From assembly GCF_004010195.1 (NCBI RefSeq), contig NC_057719.1:52444608-52508607 (forward strand): a DNA stretch of 64,000 nucleotides, given 5' to 3'. Both the position numbers and the translations under genes were made by a program. The notes under the pieces are model-generated. The model did not search any database. It was not told the origin of the DNA and saw only the letters and a program-made list of their open reading frames with translations. Positions 25,445 through 38,029 of the stretch are shown piece by piece; the first letter of the stretch is position 1; the number at the start of each line of letters is the position of its first letter. Source of the DNA: Chiloscyllium plagiosum. Lineage: Eukaryota.

Positions 25445-26550
25445 TAGCTGTAACAGAGAATTCCAAAGACTTAGAACCCTTTGAAAGAAGTAATTTCTTC
25501 TTGTTTCAATGTTAATTGATTGATCCCTTATACTGAATCTGTGACCCCGTACTTTGTTTCCACTGGGCAAGGACTCATCATCACACCCTATCGGGTGTCC
25601 CACAGAATCTCGAATGTTTAAACATTCTCACTTTTCATTTTTCTAAGCTCCAGAGAAAATAGACCCAATTTACTTAACTTTCATCAAATGACAGCTCCTT
25701 CATCCTATGGATCAATTTGATGCAAGTGTATCCTTCCTTAAATGTGCAGACCAAATCTGAACAGAGTATTCCAGATGTAATCTCATTAAAGTGCTACACA
25801 ATTATTGCAAGACTTCTTTATTCCTGTACTCCAATCCTCTTGCCATAAGGACCAACATGACATCTGCCTTCCTAATAATTGCTGTTGCTGAATGCTTATT
25901 TTTGCATTCCTTATATGACTGCACCCATGTCATTTTAAATGTTAGCACTGACAAGCTTTGCAGTTTATAAAAACATCTGTTTTTCTATTCTTATGAGTTA
26001 ATAATGTCACATTTCCCTGCATTATGTATCTCTGCCATTTTGTTTTCTATTTACTATATCTGCCAAATTTCTTCACAATATTTGTGTCCTCCCCAAAGCT
26101 TACTTTTCCACCAAGCTTTGTATCATCAGCAAACTTAAATGCACTATTTTTTGTCTCTTTATCAGTTATTAATGTAGAATGTAAACAGCTAAAACTGCAT
26201 TACTAGTTTTTATGGCAATCCACAAGTCATATCCTACCATGCTTACATACATCCTCTTCTCTCTATCCATTAACTAAATCCTTTTTCCATACTAAGGGTA
26301 TTACTCATATTACTCCTAACTCAGAACCCTTATTACCTATTTTCTTTTTGTGTAGTTGCTTATTAAATTATTTTTTGAAGTTTAGATATTCTGTAACAAC
26401 AAGGTTCCCATACTAGTTGCATCTTAAAATACTCCAACAGACGTATCAAATGGGACTTTTCATTTTGTAAAACTACATTGCCTTGCTGTAATCATATTAT
26501 ACGTTTCTAAGTGCATTGCTAAAGGCTCCTTAATAGATTCTAGCATTCTC
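25445..26550 (-). mobile_element. Degenerate CR1 ORF2/3' fragment
   Basis: Minus strand KFADDTKLGG (ccaccaagctttgtatcatcagcaaactt, ~26108-26136) and HLEYSVQIWS (~25745-25780). Confidence 0.7.
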
Positions 26551-27041
26551 CAAACAGATATACAATAGGTTTTTAAAGATGATATCCCACCAGTGATGCC
26601 GGACAATCCCATGAGTTGTTCTAGGTCAATGTGTGGCAGGATGGGGGCAGAAATTAGATGTGATACAGGGCAGGAACAACAATTAACATGACAAATTTAA
26701 CAAGGTTTGGCAGGTAAACACATTTGGCCTCACAGCGAGAGTAACTGTATCCAATATCCATCACTTGCACTTAGCCAAAAACCATAAAACCTCATCCCCT
26801 TATTTTCCCCCAGGTAATAGCGCCATGACAGAAAATCTTCCAATTTTTCTTATTGCTTGCATCAATCCAGAAAATATCTTAAAATATTGATAACTGCTGA
26901 AACTGACATTGTGGCCATGATCAGCTCAAACTTTTGTCCTTGGGTCAGTTATTTTTTAGTGCAGCAACTAACAAGCATGGAATGATGATAATGTATGTAT
27001 AAATCCCCAATACATTCATCACATTTAATCTATATTTCCAG

Positions 27042-27146
27042 GACTCCAACATGCTCTGCTTTGATGAAAGAGCCTTAGGGAAGCTAACAATTGTCAAATG
27101 TTTTTCCCCAAAAACCCAGCTGTCTTACCAGAGATCTCTTTGCAAG
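27042..27146 (+). other. Candidate internal exon (unverified)
   Basis: tatttccag acceptor, AAG|gtatga donor, 105 nt open in phase 0 (DSNMLCFDERALGKLTIVKCFSPKTQLSYQRSLCK); peptide not recognised. Confidence 0.2.
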
Positions 27147-27749
27147 GTATGAATTTTGTAAATATGTGCTGTAGTCTTTTTAATCACATCAGTGTCAGGA
27201 AAATATCTGGTATCAGTGCAGCAGCTTCAACTTATATTTGAGATATGATGTTCACACAGAAGAGAATATCTTTAATATAGCTTGCTGTTATAAAATCTCT
27301 TTGCTTGAGGCCTCAGTGACCTAATGGATCAGAATATTTCTTTAGCTCCTGGAATCAGTTCAATCTAGTTCTTGGGAAAAGGAGTAAAGGTCTTCCAACA
27401 CTACTACTATAGGTTCAAAATAAAATTGATACCAAGTATTCAAGTTCTCAGTGGACATGGGCACTTACCGTAAAATTCTATATTATTACTCAGTACTGAG
27501 TTCCAAAGAGTACCTTTATGTGAAACTGGGACAGTCTGTTAGTGCAATAATGTGTATCATTCAGATAGTGTAGAAAAGTGGGAAGTCAAAGAAATCAATG
27601 TAAGTTACACCAGTGAGAAGGTTTTAATAATGACAAAATACAACAATAAAGTCAAATAGATTACTGGCTTAAAGGTGGAACAGGAAATATTAATGCATTC
27701 AAGAAATAACTATTCATCTCCTCCTTGTCAATAAATGGAAGTGCAGAAG

Positions 27750-28260
27750 AGCACATGAAATAGGAACAGGAGTAAATCATATGGGGCTTCCTTGAGACTA
27801 TTTCATTACTCAGTATGATCACGCCTGTTCTTCTGCATTAATTCAACTCTCCCATCAGCTCTCAATATGCTTTTATTCTTTGAAAGACCAAAAATCTACC
27901 TATCTCTCAACGTGAAACATATTCAAAAATGAAATGCCCACACTTCTCTTGGGGGTGGGGAGTAGAAATTCAAAGATTCACAACAAATTGATATTTCTCA
28001 ACTCAGTCTTAAAGTTTCGGCCACTAATCCTCAGCCTGGGCCCCTCATGTTCGAGTTTGCTCAGTCTGAATTGATAAGCTTTCAATGTCTATTCTGTCAA
28101 GCCCATTCATAACATTATAATTTCCAAATGATGACCTCTTATTTTCTAAACTACAGAGAATATAATCCCAATGTCGTCACCCTCTCATCATATAATAACC
28201 AATTTTGTGAACATTCACTGTTTCATCTCCAATACAAATAAGTCTTTCCTAAATGTGATT
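27750..28260 (-). mobile_element. Degenerate CR1 3' fragment
   Basis: gaaataggaacaggagta.. terminus and layout similar to 32337-32900. Confidence 0.55.
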
Positions 28261-28650
28261 TATTTGTATGATATTTAATGTCGTTAGCTGTAGGCTTGGA
28301 TTTATGGTTTTGAGATAATAACTGGGGTTTTTTCTCTCTGAAATTAATAATGAACTCGCAATTAGTTCTGCAACTATGGCAATTTCTCTTTTTAGGGAAA
28401 AAAAACATTTTGGAAGCCTGGCTGTAGACTGAGTAGCTTTTATACAATATTGTACTTCTGTTTAGTAAGGAGTGTTTGCAACCCAGTTAGTAAATAATAA
28501 GGTCTCCAAAGTTTAACAGAGTTGTGGATTTTTTTTAAGCTTGAGGGAAACACTCATAACTGATTTGGAGATGCCGGTGTTGGACTGGGGTGTACAAAGT
28601 TAAAAATCACACAACACCAGGTTATAGTCCAACAGGTTTAATTGGAAGCA

Positions 28651-28685
28651 CACTAGCGTTCGGAGCGATGCTCCTTCATCAGGTG
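28651..28685 (-). ncRNA. Minimal type I HHR motif in PLE 3' terminus (GAAA mutated to GAAC)
   Basis: Minus: cac CTGATGA a ggagc atc gctcc GAAC gc ta gtg; the opposite-arm copy at ~31995-32030 is more decayed. Confidence 0.65.
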
Positions 28686-29274
28686 ATAGTGGAGGGCTCA
28701 ATCCTAACACACAAAATTTAAAGCAAAAATTTACAGTGTGATGTAACTGAACTTATACATTGAAAAATTGATTGTCTGTTAACCCTTTCATCTGTTAGAA
28801 TACCATGATAGTTTCACTTCTTTCATGTGTAAAGCACAAAAGCTATTTTAAAAAGTTGCATTCTCAGGTTAGCTGTTAACAATGGTGATAGCTAGACAAT
28901 ATGTTGAACATGTTAGCCCTCCTGTGTTCTCTGTCTATGCCATGATGTTTAGATTGACTCTAATCTAAAAAGTGAGATAACAGAGTTTTACATAAATGCA
29001 TGCAGTTTTTGAGCAAAGTACAATGTAACCCTGCAAGTACAAATTCACCCCACAAAATATATGTGTGCATGTGGGTCTATGTCTGTCTGTGTGTGTCTGT
29101 CTGTCTGGGTTGGGGGTTGTGAGTATGAGAAAGTGTATGTGTGTGTGTAGTGAGTGCAGAGTGTCTTAAGTCTGTGAGGGGGTGCATGTGTGAATGTGGA
29201 AGTGTGTGTGTCTGTAAGGGTGTGTGTGGGTGTCTGTGTGTGTGCGTGCGTGCGTGTGTAGGAGTGTGTGTGCT

Positions 29275-31400
29275 CCTGTCTGTTGATTGTTGTGCGGTGC
29301 CCATTCATCCGTTGTCGTAGCCTTTGCTCGGTTTCCCCAATGTACCATGCCTCAGAGCATCCTTGCCTGCAACGTATAAGATAGACAATGTTGGCTGAGT
29401 CACATGAGTACCTGCCATGTACAAGGTGGGAGGTGACCCCACGCGTAATGGTAGTATCTATATCCACACTCTGACACATCTTGCAGCGCCTACCATGACA
29501 GGGCTGTATGCAGTTGTCCTGAGAGCCGGGCAGCTTGCCACGAACAACGATCTGTTTGAGGTTTGGCAGTTGATTAAAGGCAAATAATGGAGGTGTGGGG
29601 AAGTTCTTGGTGAGGTGCTCATCCTCATTGATAATGTGTGGCAGGTCACGAAGAACATGCCGTAATTTTTCAGCTCCTGGGAAATACTGAACAACGAAGG
29701 GTACCCTGTCAGTTGCAGCATGCGTCTGTCTCCTGAGGAGGTCATTACGGTTCCTTGCTGTGGCACGTCGGAACTGGCGGTCGATGAGTTGGGCATTGCA
29801 CCTCGTTCTTGTGAGGCACCCCTGAGTACTTCCAGGTGTCCGACACGTTCCTCCTCATCTGAGCAGATCTGGTGTATGCGTAGGGCTTGTCCATAGGGGA
29901 TGGCTGTTTTAATATGTTTTGGGTGGAACCTGGAGAAGTGTAGCATTGTGAGGTTGTCTGTGGGTTTGCGGTAGAGTTGGTGCTGAGATGTCCATCCTTG
30001 ATGGAGACGCATGTGTCCAAGAATGAGAAAGATATTCAAGAGTAGTCCATGGTGAGTTTGATGGTGGGATGAAACTTGTTGATATCACTGTGTAGTTTTA
30101 TCAGTGACTCCTCGCCATGGGTCCAGAGGAGGAAAATGTTGTCAATGTACCTGGTGTACAATGTTGGTTGGAGATCCTGCATAGAGAAGAAGTCTTGTTT
30201 GAACCTGTGCATAAAAATGTTGGCATATTGGGATGCAAATTTGGTCCCCATGGCTGTTCCATGTGTCTGGATGAAGAACTGGTTGTCAAAGGTGAAGACG
30301 TTGTGATTGAGGATAAAGCGGATAAGTTGTAGGATGGTGTTTGGAGATTGGCAGTTGTTGGTGTTCAGTACTGAGGCTGTTGCATCAATGCTGTCATTGT
30401 GGGGGATGCTGGTGTAGAGTGCTGAGTCATCCATTGTGACGAGGAATGTTCCTGGTTTGACTGGTCCGTGGGTGCTGAGTTCCTGTAAAAAATCCGTAGT
30501 GTTGCCTCAGAAGCTGGAGATCCCCTGTACAATAGGTTTCAAGATGTCTTCGACATAGCCGGAGAGATTCTCACATAGGGTCCCATTGCCCAACACGATG
30601 GGACGTCCTGGTGTGTTGGCTTTGTGTACCTTTGGAAGGCAGTAGAAGTCACCTACACGCGAAGTACGTGGGATGAGGGCGTGTAGGGAACTCTGAAGGA
30701 CTGGATCAAAAGTTCTGATCAATGTGTTTAATTCACAGGTATGTTCTTTGGTCGGATCAGCTGGTAGTTGCCTGTAGTGTTCCTGGTTGTTCAGTTGTCG
30801 GTACATTTCCTTGCAGTAATCTGTTCTATTCTGAATGACAATGGCTCCTCCTTTATCTGCTGGTTTGGTGACAATGTTGTGATTAGTTTTGAGAGCCTGG
30901 TTGGCGTTGCGTTGTGAATGGGTGATGTTTTGCTCTACCTTGTGGGTACGGCTGATGAATCTGGCATTTATATATTTCCGGACGGTTTGAGTAAACATGT
31001 CAAGCCCAGGGCAGCGGCTCTCCAGTGGGGTCCAAGTTGACACCTTCTTTGGTCACTCCTCTACAGATCCCTGTGATGACTGTTCCAGTTCATCAGTGGG
31101 CACATTGGGATCACTGCTGGCACCTTGAAAGAATTCCTGGAGTCTCATTCGTCTGATGAACTCCTCTGTGTCTGCTGCAAGAACCAACAGGTCCATTTTG
31201 GTGGTGGGGCAGAAGTTGAGACCCCTACTCAGGACTTCAATCTCTTTCGGTCAAAGGGTATGGTCCAATAAGTTGATAATAGACTTCCCCATGGTGATAA
31301 TGTTATCTACTGTGGTTCCAGTGTGGGCTTTGCTATTACTGGTGAGAATGACAAGTTTCTCCAGTTTTTTGTTCTTGGCGTGCATGTACGTGATGTAGTT
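29275..31400 (-). pseudogene. Frameshifted PLE polyprotein: reverse transcriptase plus GIY-YIG endonuclease
   Basis: KPADKGGAIVI, FYCLPKVHKANTPGRPIV, ALYTSIPH, QTHGTAMGTKFA.QYANIFM, YTRYIDNIF (YIDD decayed), LYRKPTD, CDSANIVYLIRCRQGCSEAWYIGETEQRLRQRMNGH; split over ORFs 30507-31043, 30036-30434, 29458-30039, 29045-29479. Confidence 0.92.
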
Positions 31401-32336
31401 TTGTCGCTTTGTCTGTCACCTTGTTTTGTCGCCTTGTCCCACACTCACATATGCACCCCCTAAACAGACTTAAGACACTCTGCACTCACTACACACACAC
31501 ACATACATTTTCTCACACTCACAACACCCAACCCAGACAGACACACACACGCACACAGACAGACAAAGGCCCACATGCACACATATATTTTGTGGGATGA
31601 ATTTGTACTTGCAGGGTTACATTGTACTTTGCTCAAAAACTGCATGCATTCATGTAGAACTCTGAGCTCAAAAACTGTATGCATTCATGTAAAACTCCGT
31701 TATTTCAGTTTTTAGATTAGAATCAATCTAAACATCATGGTATAGACAGAGAACACAGGGGGCTAACACCTTCAACATATTGTCTAGCTATCACCATTGT
31801 TAATAGCTAACCTGAGAATGCAACTTTTTTAAAAAAAGGTTTTGTGATTTACACATGAAAGAAGTGAAACTGTCATGGTATTCTAACAGATGAAAGGGTT
31901 AACAGACAATCAATTTTTCAATGTATAATTTCAGTTACATCACACTGTAAATTTTTGCTATAAATTCTGTGTATTAGGATTGATCCCTCCACTACCACCT
32001 GATAAAGGCGCGACACTCTGATCGCTAGTGTGCTTCCAATTAAACCTGTTGAACTACAACCTGGTGTTGTGTGATTTTTAATTCATAACTGAGGAAGGGA
32101 AACTTTTGGTTTAGTTTTTAACATTTTGCAGTATTAGTTCTGTGAAGACCATGGGACTGGATGGCTTTATAACACAGTGCTTCTGAGAAAGGAGACTATA
32201 TAGTGAGTTAGGTTTTGAGAGTGAAGAGTTAATGTTAGTTCCAGACCACACCAAACTCGGAAATGGTTATTCGAGCTGAGTATGGAAGCTTGCGGGCTTG
32301 AGGTGGTGGGGAGGTGTGTGTGTGTTGGTTGATAAC

Positions 32337-34345
32337 TAGACAATAGACAATAGGTGCAGGAGTAGGCCATTCTGCCCTTCGAGCCTGCACCACCACTCAT
32401 GATGATCATGGCTGATCATCCTCAATCAGTATCCTGTTCCTGCCTTATCTCCATAACCCTTGATTCCACTATCCTTGAGAGCTCTATCCAACTCTTTCTT
32501 AAACGAATCCAGAGACTGGGCCTCCACTGCCTTCTGGGGCAGAGCATTCCACACACCCACCACTCTCTGGGTGAAGAAGTTTCTCCTCATCTCTGTCCTA
32601 AATGGCCTACCCCGTATTTTTAAGCTCTGTCCTCTGGTTTGGGACTCACCCATCAGCGGAAACAGTTTCCTGCCTCCAGAGTGTCCAGTCCTGTAATAAT
32701 CTTATACGTCTCAATCAGATCCCCTCTCAGTCTTCTAAACTCAAGGGTATACAAGCCCAGTCACTCCAATCTTTCAACATAAGATAGTCCCGCCATTCCA
32801 GGAATTTACCTCGTGAACCTACGCTGCACTCCCTCAATAGCCAGAATGTCTTTCCTCAAATTTAGAGACCAGAACTGTACACAATATTCCAGGTGCGGTC
32901 TCACCAGGGCCCTGTACAGCTGCAGAAGAACCTCCTTGCTTCTATACTCAATCCCTCTTGTTATGAAGGCCAGCATGCTATTAGCTTTCTTCACTATCTG
33001 CTGTACCTGCATGCTTACCTTCATTGCCAGGTGTACAAGAACACCCAGATCTCTTTGTACTGCCCTTTTGCCTAACTTGACTCCATTTAGGTAGTAATCT
33101 GCCTTCCTGTTCTTGCCACCAAAGTGGATAATCATACATTTATCCACGTTAAACCGCATCTGCCATGCATCTGTCCACTCACTTAACCTGTCCAGGTCAC
33201 CCTGTAATCTCCTAACATCCTCCTCACATTTCACCCTGCCACCCAACTTTGTATCATCAGCAAATTTGCTAATGTTACTATTAATGCCATCTTTTATATC
33301 ATTAATATATACTGTAAAAAGCTGTGGTGTCAGCACTGATCCCTGGTCACCGCCTGCCATTCCAAAAGGGAGCCGTTTATCACTACTCTTTGTTTCCTGT
33401 CACTAACCAATTTTCAATCCATGTCAGTATTTTGCCCCCAATACCATGCGCCCTAATTTTGTTCACTAACCTCCTATGTGGGACTTTATCAAAAGCTTTC
33501 TGAAACTCCAGGTACACTACATCCACTGGATCTCTCTTGTTCATCTTCAGAGTTACATCCTCAAAAAATTCCAGAAGATTAGTCAAGCATGATTTCCCCT
33601 TCATAAATCCATGCTGACTCTGACCTATCCTGTTATTGCTATCCAGAATGTGTCGTAATTTCATCCTTTACAATTGACTCCAGCATCTTTCCCACCACTG
33701 AGATCAGACTAACTGGTCTNNNNNNNNNNNNNNNNNNNNNNNNNNNNNNNNNNNNNNNNNNNNNNNNNNNNNNNNNNNNNNNNNNNNNNNNNNNNNNNNN
33801 NNNNNNNNNNNNNNNNNNNNNNNNNNNNNNNNNNNNNNNNNNNNNNNNNNNNNNNNNNNNNNNNNNNNNNNNNNNNNNNNNNNNNNNNNNNNNNNNNNNN
33901 NNNNNNNNNNNNNNNNNNNNNNNNNNNNTTTTAGTCCTAACCATTTTTTTGCCTTGCACATACTTAAAAAAGCTTTTACTATCCTCCTTTATATTTTTGG
34001 CCAGTTTACCTTCGTACCTCATTTTTTTCTCTGCGTATTTCCTTCTTAGTAATCCTCTGTTGTTCTTTAAAAGCTTCCCAGTCCTCCGTTTTCCCACTTA
34101 TTTTTGCTATGTTATACTTTTTCTCTTTTGACTTTATATGTTTCTTAACTTCCCTCATCAGCCACGGCCACCCCTGCCTCCTCCTAGGATCTTTCTTCCT
34201 TTTTGGAATGAACTGATCCTGCATCTTCTGCACTACACCCAGAAATATCTGCCATTGTTCCTCCACTGTCATCCCTGCTAAGGTATTGCACCATTGAACT
34301 TTGGCCAGCTCCTCCCTCATAGCTCCATAGTTCCCTTTATTCAAC
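32337..34345 (-). mobile_element. Relatively young CR1 LINE, 5'-truncated ORF2 plus 3'UTR with (CTATTGT)n tail
   Basis: RPVSLISVVGKMLE, QHGFMKGKSCLTNLLEFFE, DVVYLEFQKAFDKVPH, SKFADDTKLGG, LVRPHLEYCVQFWS, RNFFTQRVVGVWNALP; tail tagacaatagacaatag at 32337. Confidence 0.95.
33720..33928. other. Assembly gap (N run)
   Basis: Run of N. Confidence 1.
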
Positions 34346-34789
34346 TCCAGGAATAAGCTATCTGCAGTTTCAGTCTAAAAGTATAAGTCACAAGAGACTT
34401 AAACATTCAAAGGTGCTAGATACAAGGATTTCAGTGTGAGGTTTATTGAATATTGTACCTGGAGTGGTGTTTTTGGTACTGTACAAAAGCTGTTTGTTTC
34501 TTTTAAATATGTAAAGAAGTACCTTGGGTTTAATGGGATTAAACGTTTACTGAGTGTTTAAAATTTCAGTTTGTGTTATAGCAGTTTGTATTTTAAGTAG
34601 ATAGATTGGATTATTCTATTTAATGCACACATCTTTTATAATTAACATCTATTTTGTTCTTAATGAAAGTTCCACAGCATTTCATGTTGATGAGCAAGGG
34701 ACCACTTTGTAAAAAAGCAAGACAAATAATTTATGATCTGTCAAGCCAGGTTCCTGACAGCAGTCCGACTTATCTGTTAGGATTATGAT

Positions 34790-34990
34790 GACATGGAGAC
34801 CAAAACTGTAAACAGTATTCCAGGTGCCACCTCACCAAAACGCTATGTAAGTGTCACAAGAATTGCTTGTAATCCAGTTTCCTTGCAAAAGGCCAACATG
34901 CTATTTGTGTTCCTATTGGCTTGCTGTTCCTGCATGTTCACTTTTTGAGTTCCTGGTGTCAGTACATTGAAGTCCACTTGAACATCAACT
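34790..34990 (-). mobile_element. CR1 RT fragment
   Basis: ggagaccaaaactgtaaacagtattccaggtg = minus HLEYCLQFWSP. Confidence 0.6.
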
Positions 34991-35639
34991 CCTCACCTTC
35001 ACACTTTACACCACAGCCTCAGGCATACTGAGTTAACATGCCAGGTCTAGCAGATCACATTATCCCACCCCTATTCAAGCGAGGTGCAGCTAATTTTTAA
35101 TGACACCCCTTCCCTGATTACCCCTTTCCCTTACATGCTCGATTGTCTTACCCCGCTTTTTTGGATATTTTCCAATTAACATGTTCAAAGATGTTATAAC
35201 ATGTTGCTGGAGAAGAAGGGATGAATCTAGTCCTCCTGGTTCAGAGGTAATGACATTACTACTGCACAAGAAGGGCCCTAGATCTGCTTTTACATATTAG
35301 TTTGACACCACCCCTTCAAAATTGTTACTCCTTTCTTTATCTCAACATGCTGTCTCCAAACCCCACATTTGAGATCCTACCTCCCTCTTGCAGTAAATGG
35401 TCTCCATTATTAATACATTCCTCCCATTCCACCCCCAGCTCTCCCACCCAATCCACCCTCTAATTAATTTTAGTAGATGGGCCTCAGGATTGACCTTAAA
35501 TAACTTCCTTACTTTCTTGATTGACCTGGGCCCACAGCCCATACTGAGGACTGACTAGACCCCTGACAGATATTAGCGCAGCTCCTGGACTGACTTAGCG
35601 TGACTGCCCAGACTGGTTGCATTGAATAAGTGGCAGAGA

Positions 35640-37052
35640 AAGTGTTCAAACCGATTAGTAAAAAGGTCAGGGTGGGCATTTAGAAAGGTTCAGGGCAATA
35701 AGAAAGAATCAGCATGGTTTGTGAAAGGGAATTACTTTTATGTAATTAATTAGATTTCTTTAAAGAGTAACATGCTGTGGAGAAATTGAAGCCCGTAAAC
35801 ATACTGCGCTTGTATTTACAGTAGGCTTTCAATAGGGGGCCACATCAAGGTTATTGCAGAACATAAAAGCACATTGTATAGGGGGAAACATGTTCACAGG
35901 GATAAAAGATTGCTGGCAAAAAACAGAGAGTATGCATAAATGTGTCAGTGTTTAATTGGGAGGATGTGATGAGTGAAGTCTCATAGGTATCTGGGCTGGG
36001 CACTCAGATTTTTACAATTTACAACAATGACTTAGATGAGTTGACTGAAGGGCCCTCTCATAATGCAGTGACAGTGTCCCTACCCTTTAGACTCAGAGAC
36101 CTGAATTCAAGTCCCACCTATTCTAGAGATGTGTAATAATATCTCTGAACAGGTTGGTTAGAAAAATAGGTTAATTTGAAACAAAATTAGATGAGGGCAC
36201 TGAAGGCATGGTAGTTATATTTGTAGATGGATAGAAAAGCATGTCATGAAGAAGACATAACGAGTTTGTGGATGGATGTGGAGAGGTGGAGTGAGAGAGC
36301 AAATATCTGGCAGATGGAGTATAATGTGGGAACAAGGAAAGTTGGTCACTTTGACAGGAAGAATGAAAAAATAGACCAATACTTAAACGATGAATGACTG
36401 CAGAATTTTGATGTGCAGAAAGATCGAGGCATTCAAATGCAAGGGTGACAAAATGTAATAAAGAAAGCTCATGGCAGGTCATTCTTTATTAAAAGAAGAA
36501 AATAATGTAAAAGTAGGGATATTATGCTTCAGTTATAAAGGGTATTGGTGAGGCCACATATTGCATACTGCGTGCGATTTTTGCTTCCTCATCATAAGGA
36601 AGGATATAAATGCATTGGAGGCTGTTCAGAGGATGTTTACAACATTGATACCTGGAAGAGTATTGTCTTTTGAAGAAAGCTTTGTTTCCATCAAAGTTTA
36701 GTAGAGTGAAGGGTAACTGAAATATATAAGACCCTGAAGTATATACCAGTCTGATAAGGTCGACATAGAAAAGTTCTTTTGTTTTGTGGATGAGTCCAGA
36801 ACAAGGGCCTTATTTTTATTATGAGGACTGTGTTGTGTGGGAATGTTTTTTGTATCAGAAGAGGCGGAAGTGAGATCAATGAATATTTTTAAAGTGGAGA
36901 TGGAGAGATTCTTATTGCGCAAGGGTATCAAGATAATGTCAATGTGTAATTGCAAATACAAATATCAGCTATGATCTTACAGAATGATGAAGTAGACTCT
37001 CAGACCCGACTGGTCTACTTTCCTTCTTTTTTGCTTATCTATTTGTTTCTAT
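35640..37052 (+). mobile_element. Degenerate CR1 ORF2 plus 3'UTR, with nested SINE at 36050-36168
   Basis: NQHGFVKG, FTIYNNDLD, LQL.RVLVRPHIAYCVRF; 3'UTR ends ~37050. Confidence 0.75.
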
Positions 37053-38029
37053 GCAATAATGAAGTATAAGTTTATAAGTAGAATAAAAAGTGTAAGTGGA
37101 GTACTGTTCTCAGAAATCCCATTATACACTTAAAGGATGGATTCTGTAATCTAGGGAATTATTTATTTTTGTACCATATTAGCCACTTTGATGTAATTTT
37201 TATTTTATATTAATGAATGTTAACTTCTCCTTGTGGAGTCTTGTTTGCAGAATGGTGATTGAATAGAACATTAAAGAGGAAATGGTACCCAGACTGAAGA
37301 GCTACACTCTAGGTTTGAGAATAGAAAGCCAGGATGAGGAATTTGGTGAAAATGTAGACTTGCTGAGATCACCAACTTCACAAATTGATTTAAACCTGTG
37401 ATATCATGAGGAATAAAAGTGAGGGATAAAAGAGAGGCATGCCCTTGAGTGCTCATTGAGAGCATAAAAATGCCTCCTCTACTTCAGCATTGGAGTTTGA
37501 TCTAAGTGCGAGAAATAAATTCTGAGGCAACTGTCTATAGTTGTTCAAGTGCAACCTTGAGATGAGGCCCAGAGAGATTGAACAGTACATTGATAATAAT
37601 TCAAAAATAATTAAACAGCCACTAACAGGTGTAACCTTAAAAATAAAAGTAAAATGGATGCTGGAGATCTAAAATTAGAAAAGAAACTGCTGGTGAAATT
37701 GAGCAAGTCTGGCAGACAAAAGCATACATAATGCTTCAAGCCCAATAAATCTCTACTTTGGAACTGCATGGGGTATTGTGTTCTTTTGGCAGTTATAAGA
37801 GGAAAGAGGCAGAAGGAAGCCCTTTATGCAACAAGCTGATGCTGTAGTAGGTACAGTGATTTGGTTAGCCACCCTAATTGTGCTCAGAGGTCTGATGATT
37901 GACCATCTGAGACAGATCCTAGCCTGCAGGACGTCTAACCACCAATGTCATTACAAATGGTTTAACAAAGTACACTATAAGTAGTGGAGCAGTATCTAAG
38001 TTATAAGCCACTTATAGCTCAGCCATTAC

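Larger units (their letters stand above)
28561..32082 (-). mobile_element. Penelope-like retroelement (family B), 5'-truncated, with inverted pseudo-LTRs
   Basis: RT plus GIY-YIG on minus strand between ~640-bp inverted repeats (~28600-29270 / ~31440-32081); extra tail 28561-28599; TSD tcataactga 28554-28563/32083-32092. Confidence 0.93.

Noticed and set aside
28561..32082. DNA transposon with long TIRs
   Set aside because: Interior encodes RT and GIY-YIG, not a DDE transposase; repeats are copies of the element's 3' end with a one-sided tail
32806..33360. Functional reverse transcriptase gene
   Set aside because: Fragment of a 5'-truncated, frameshifted CR1 ORF2
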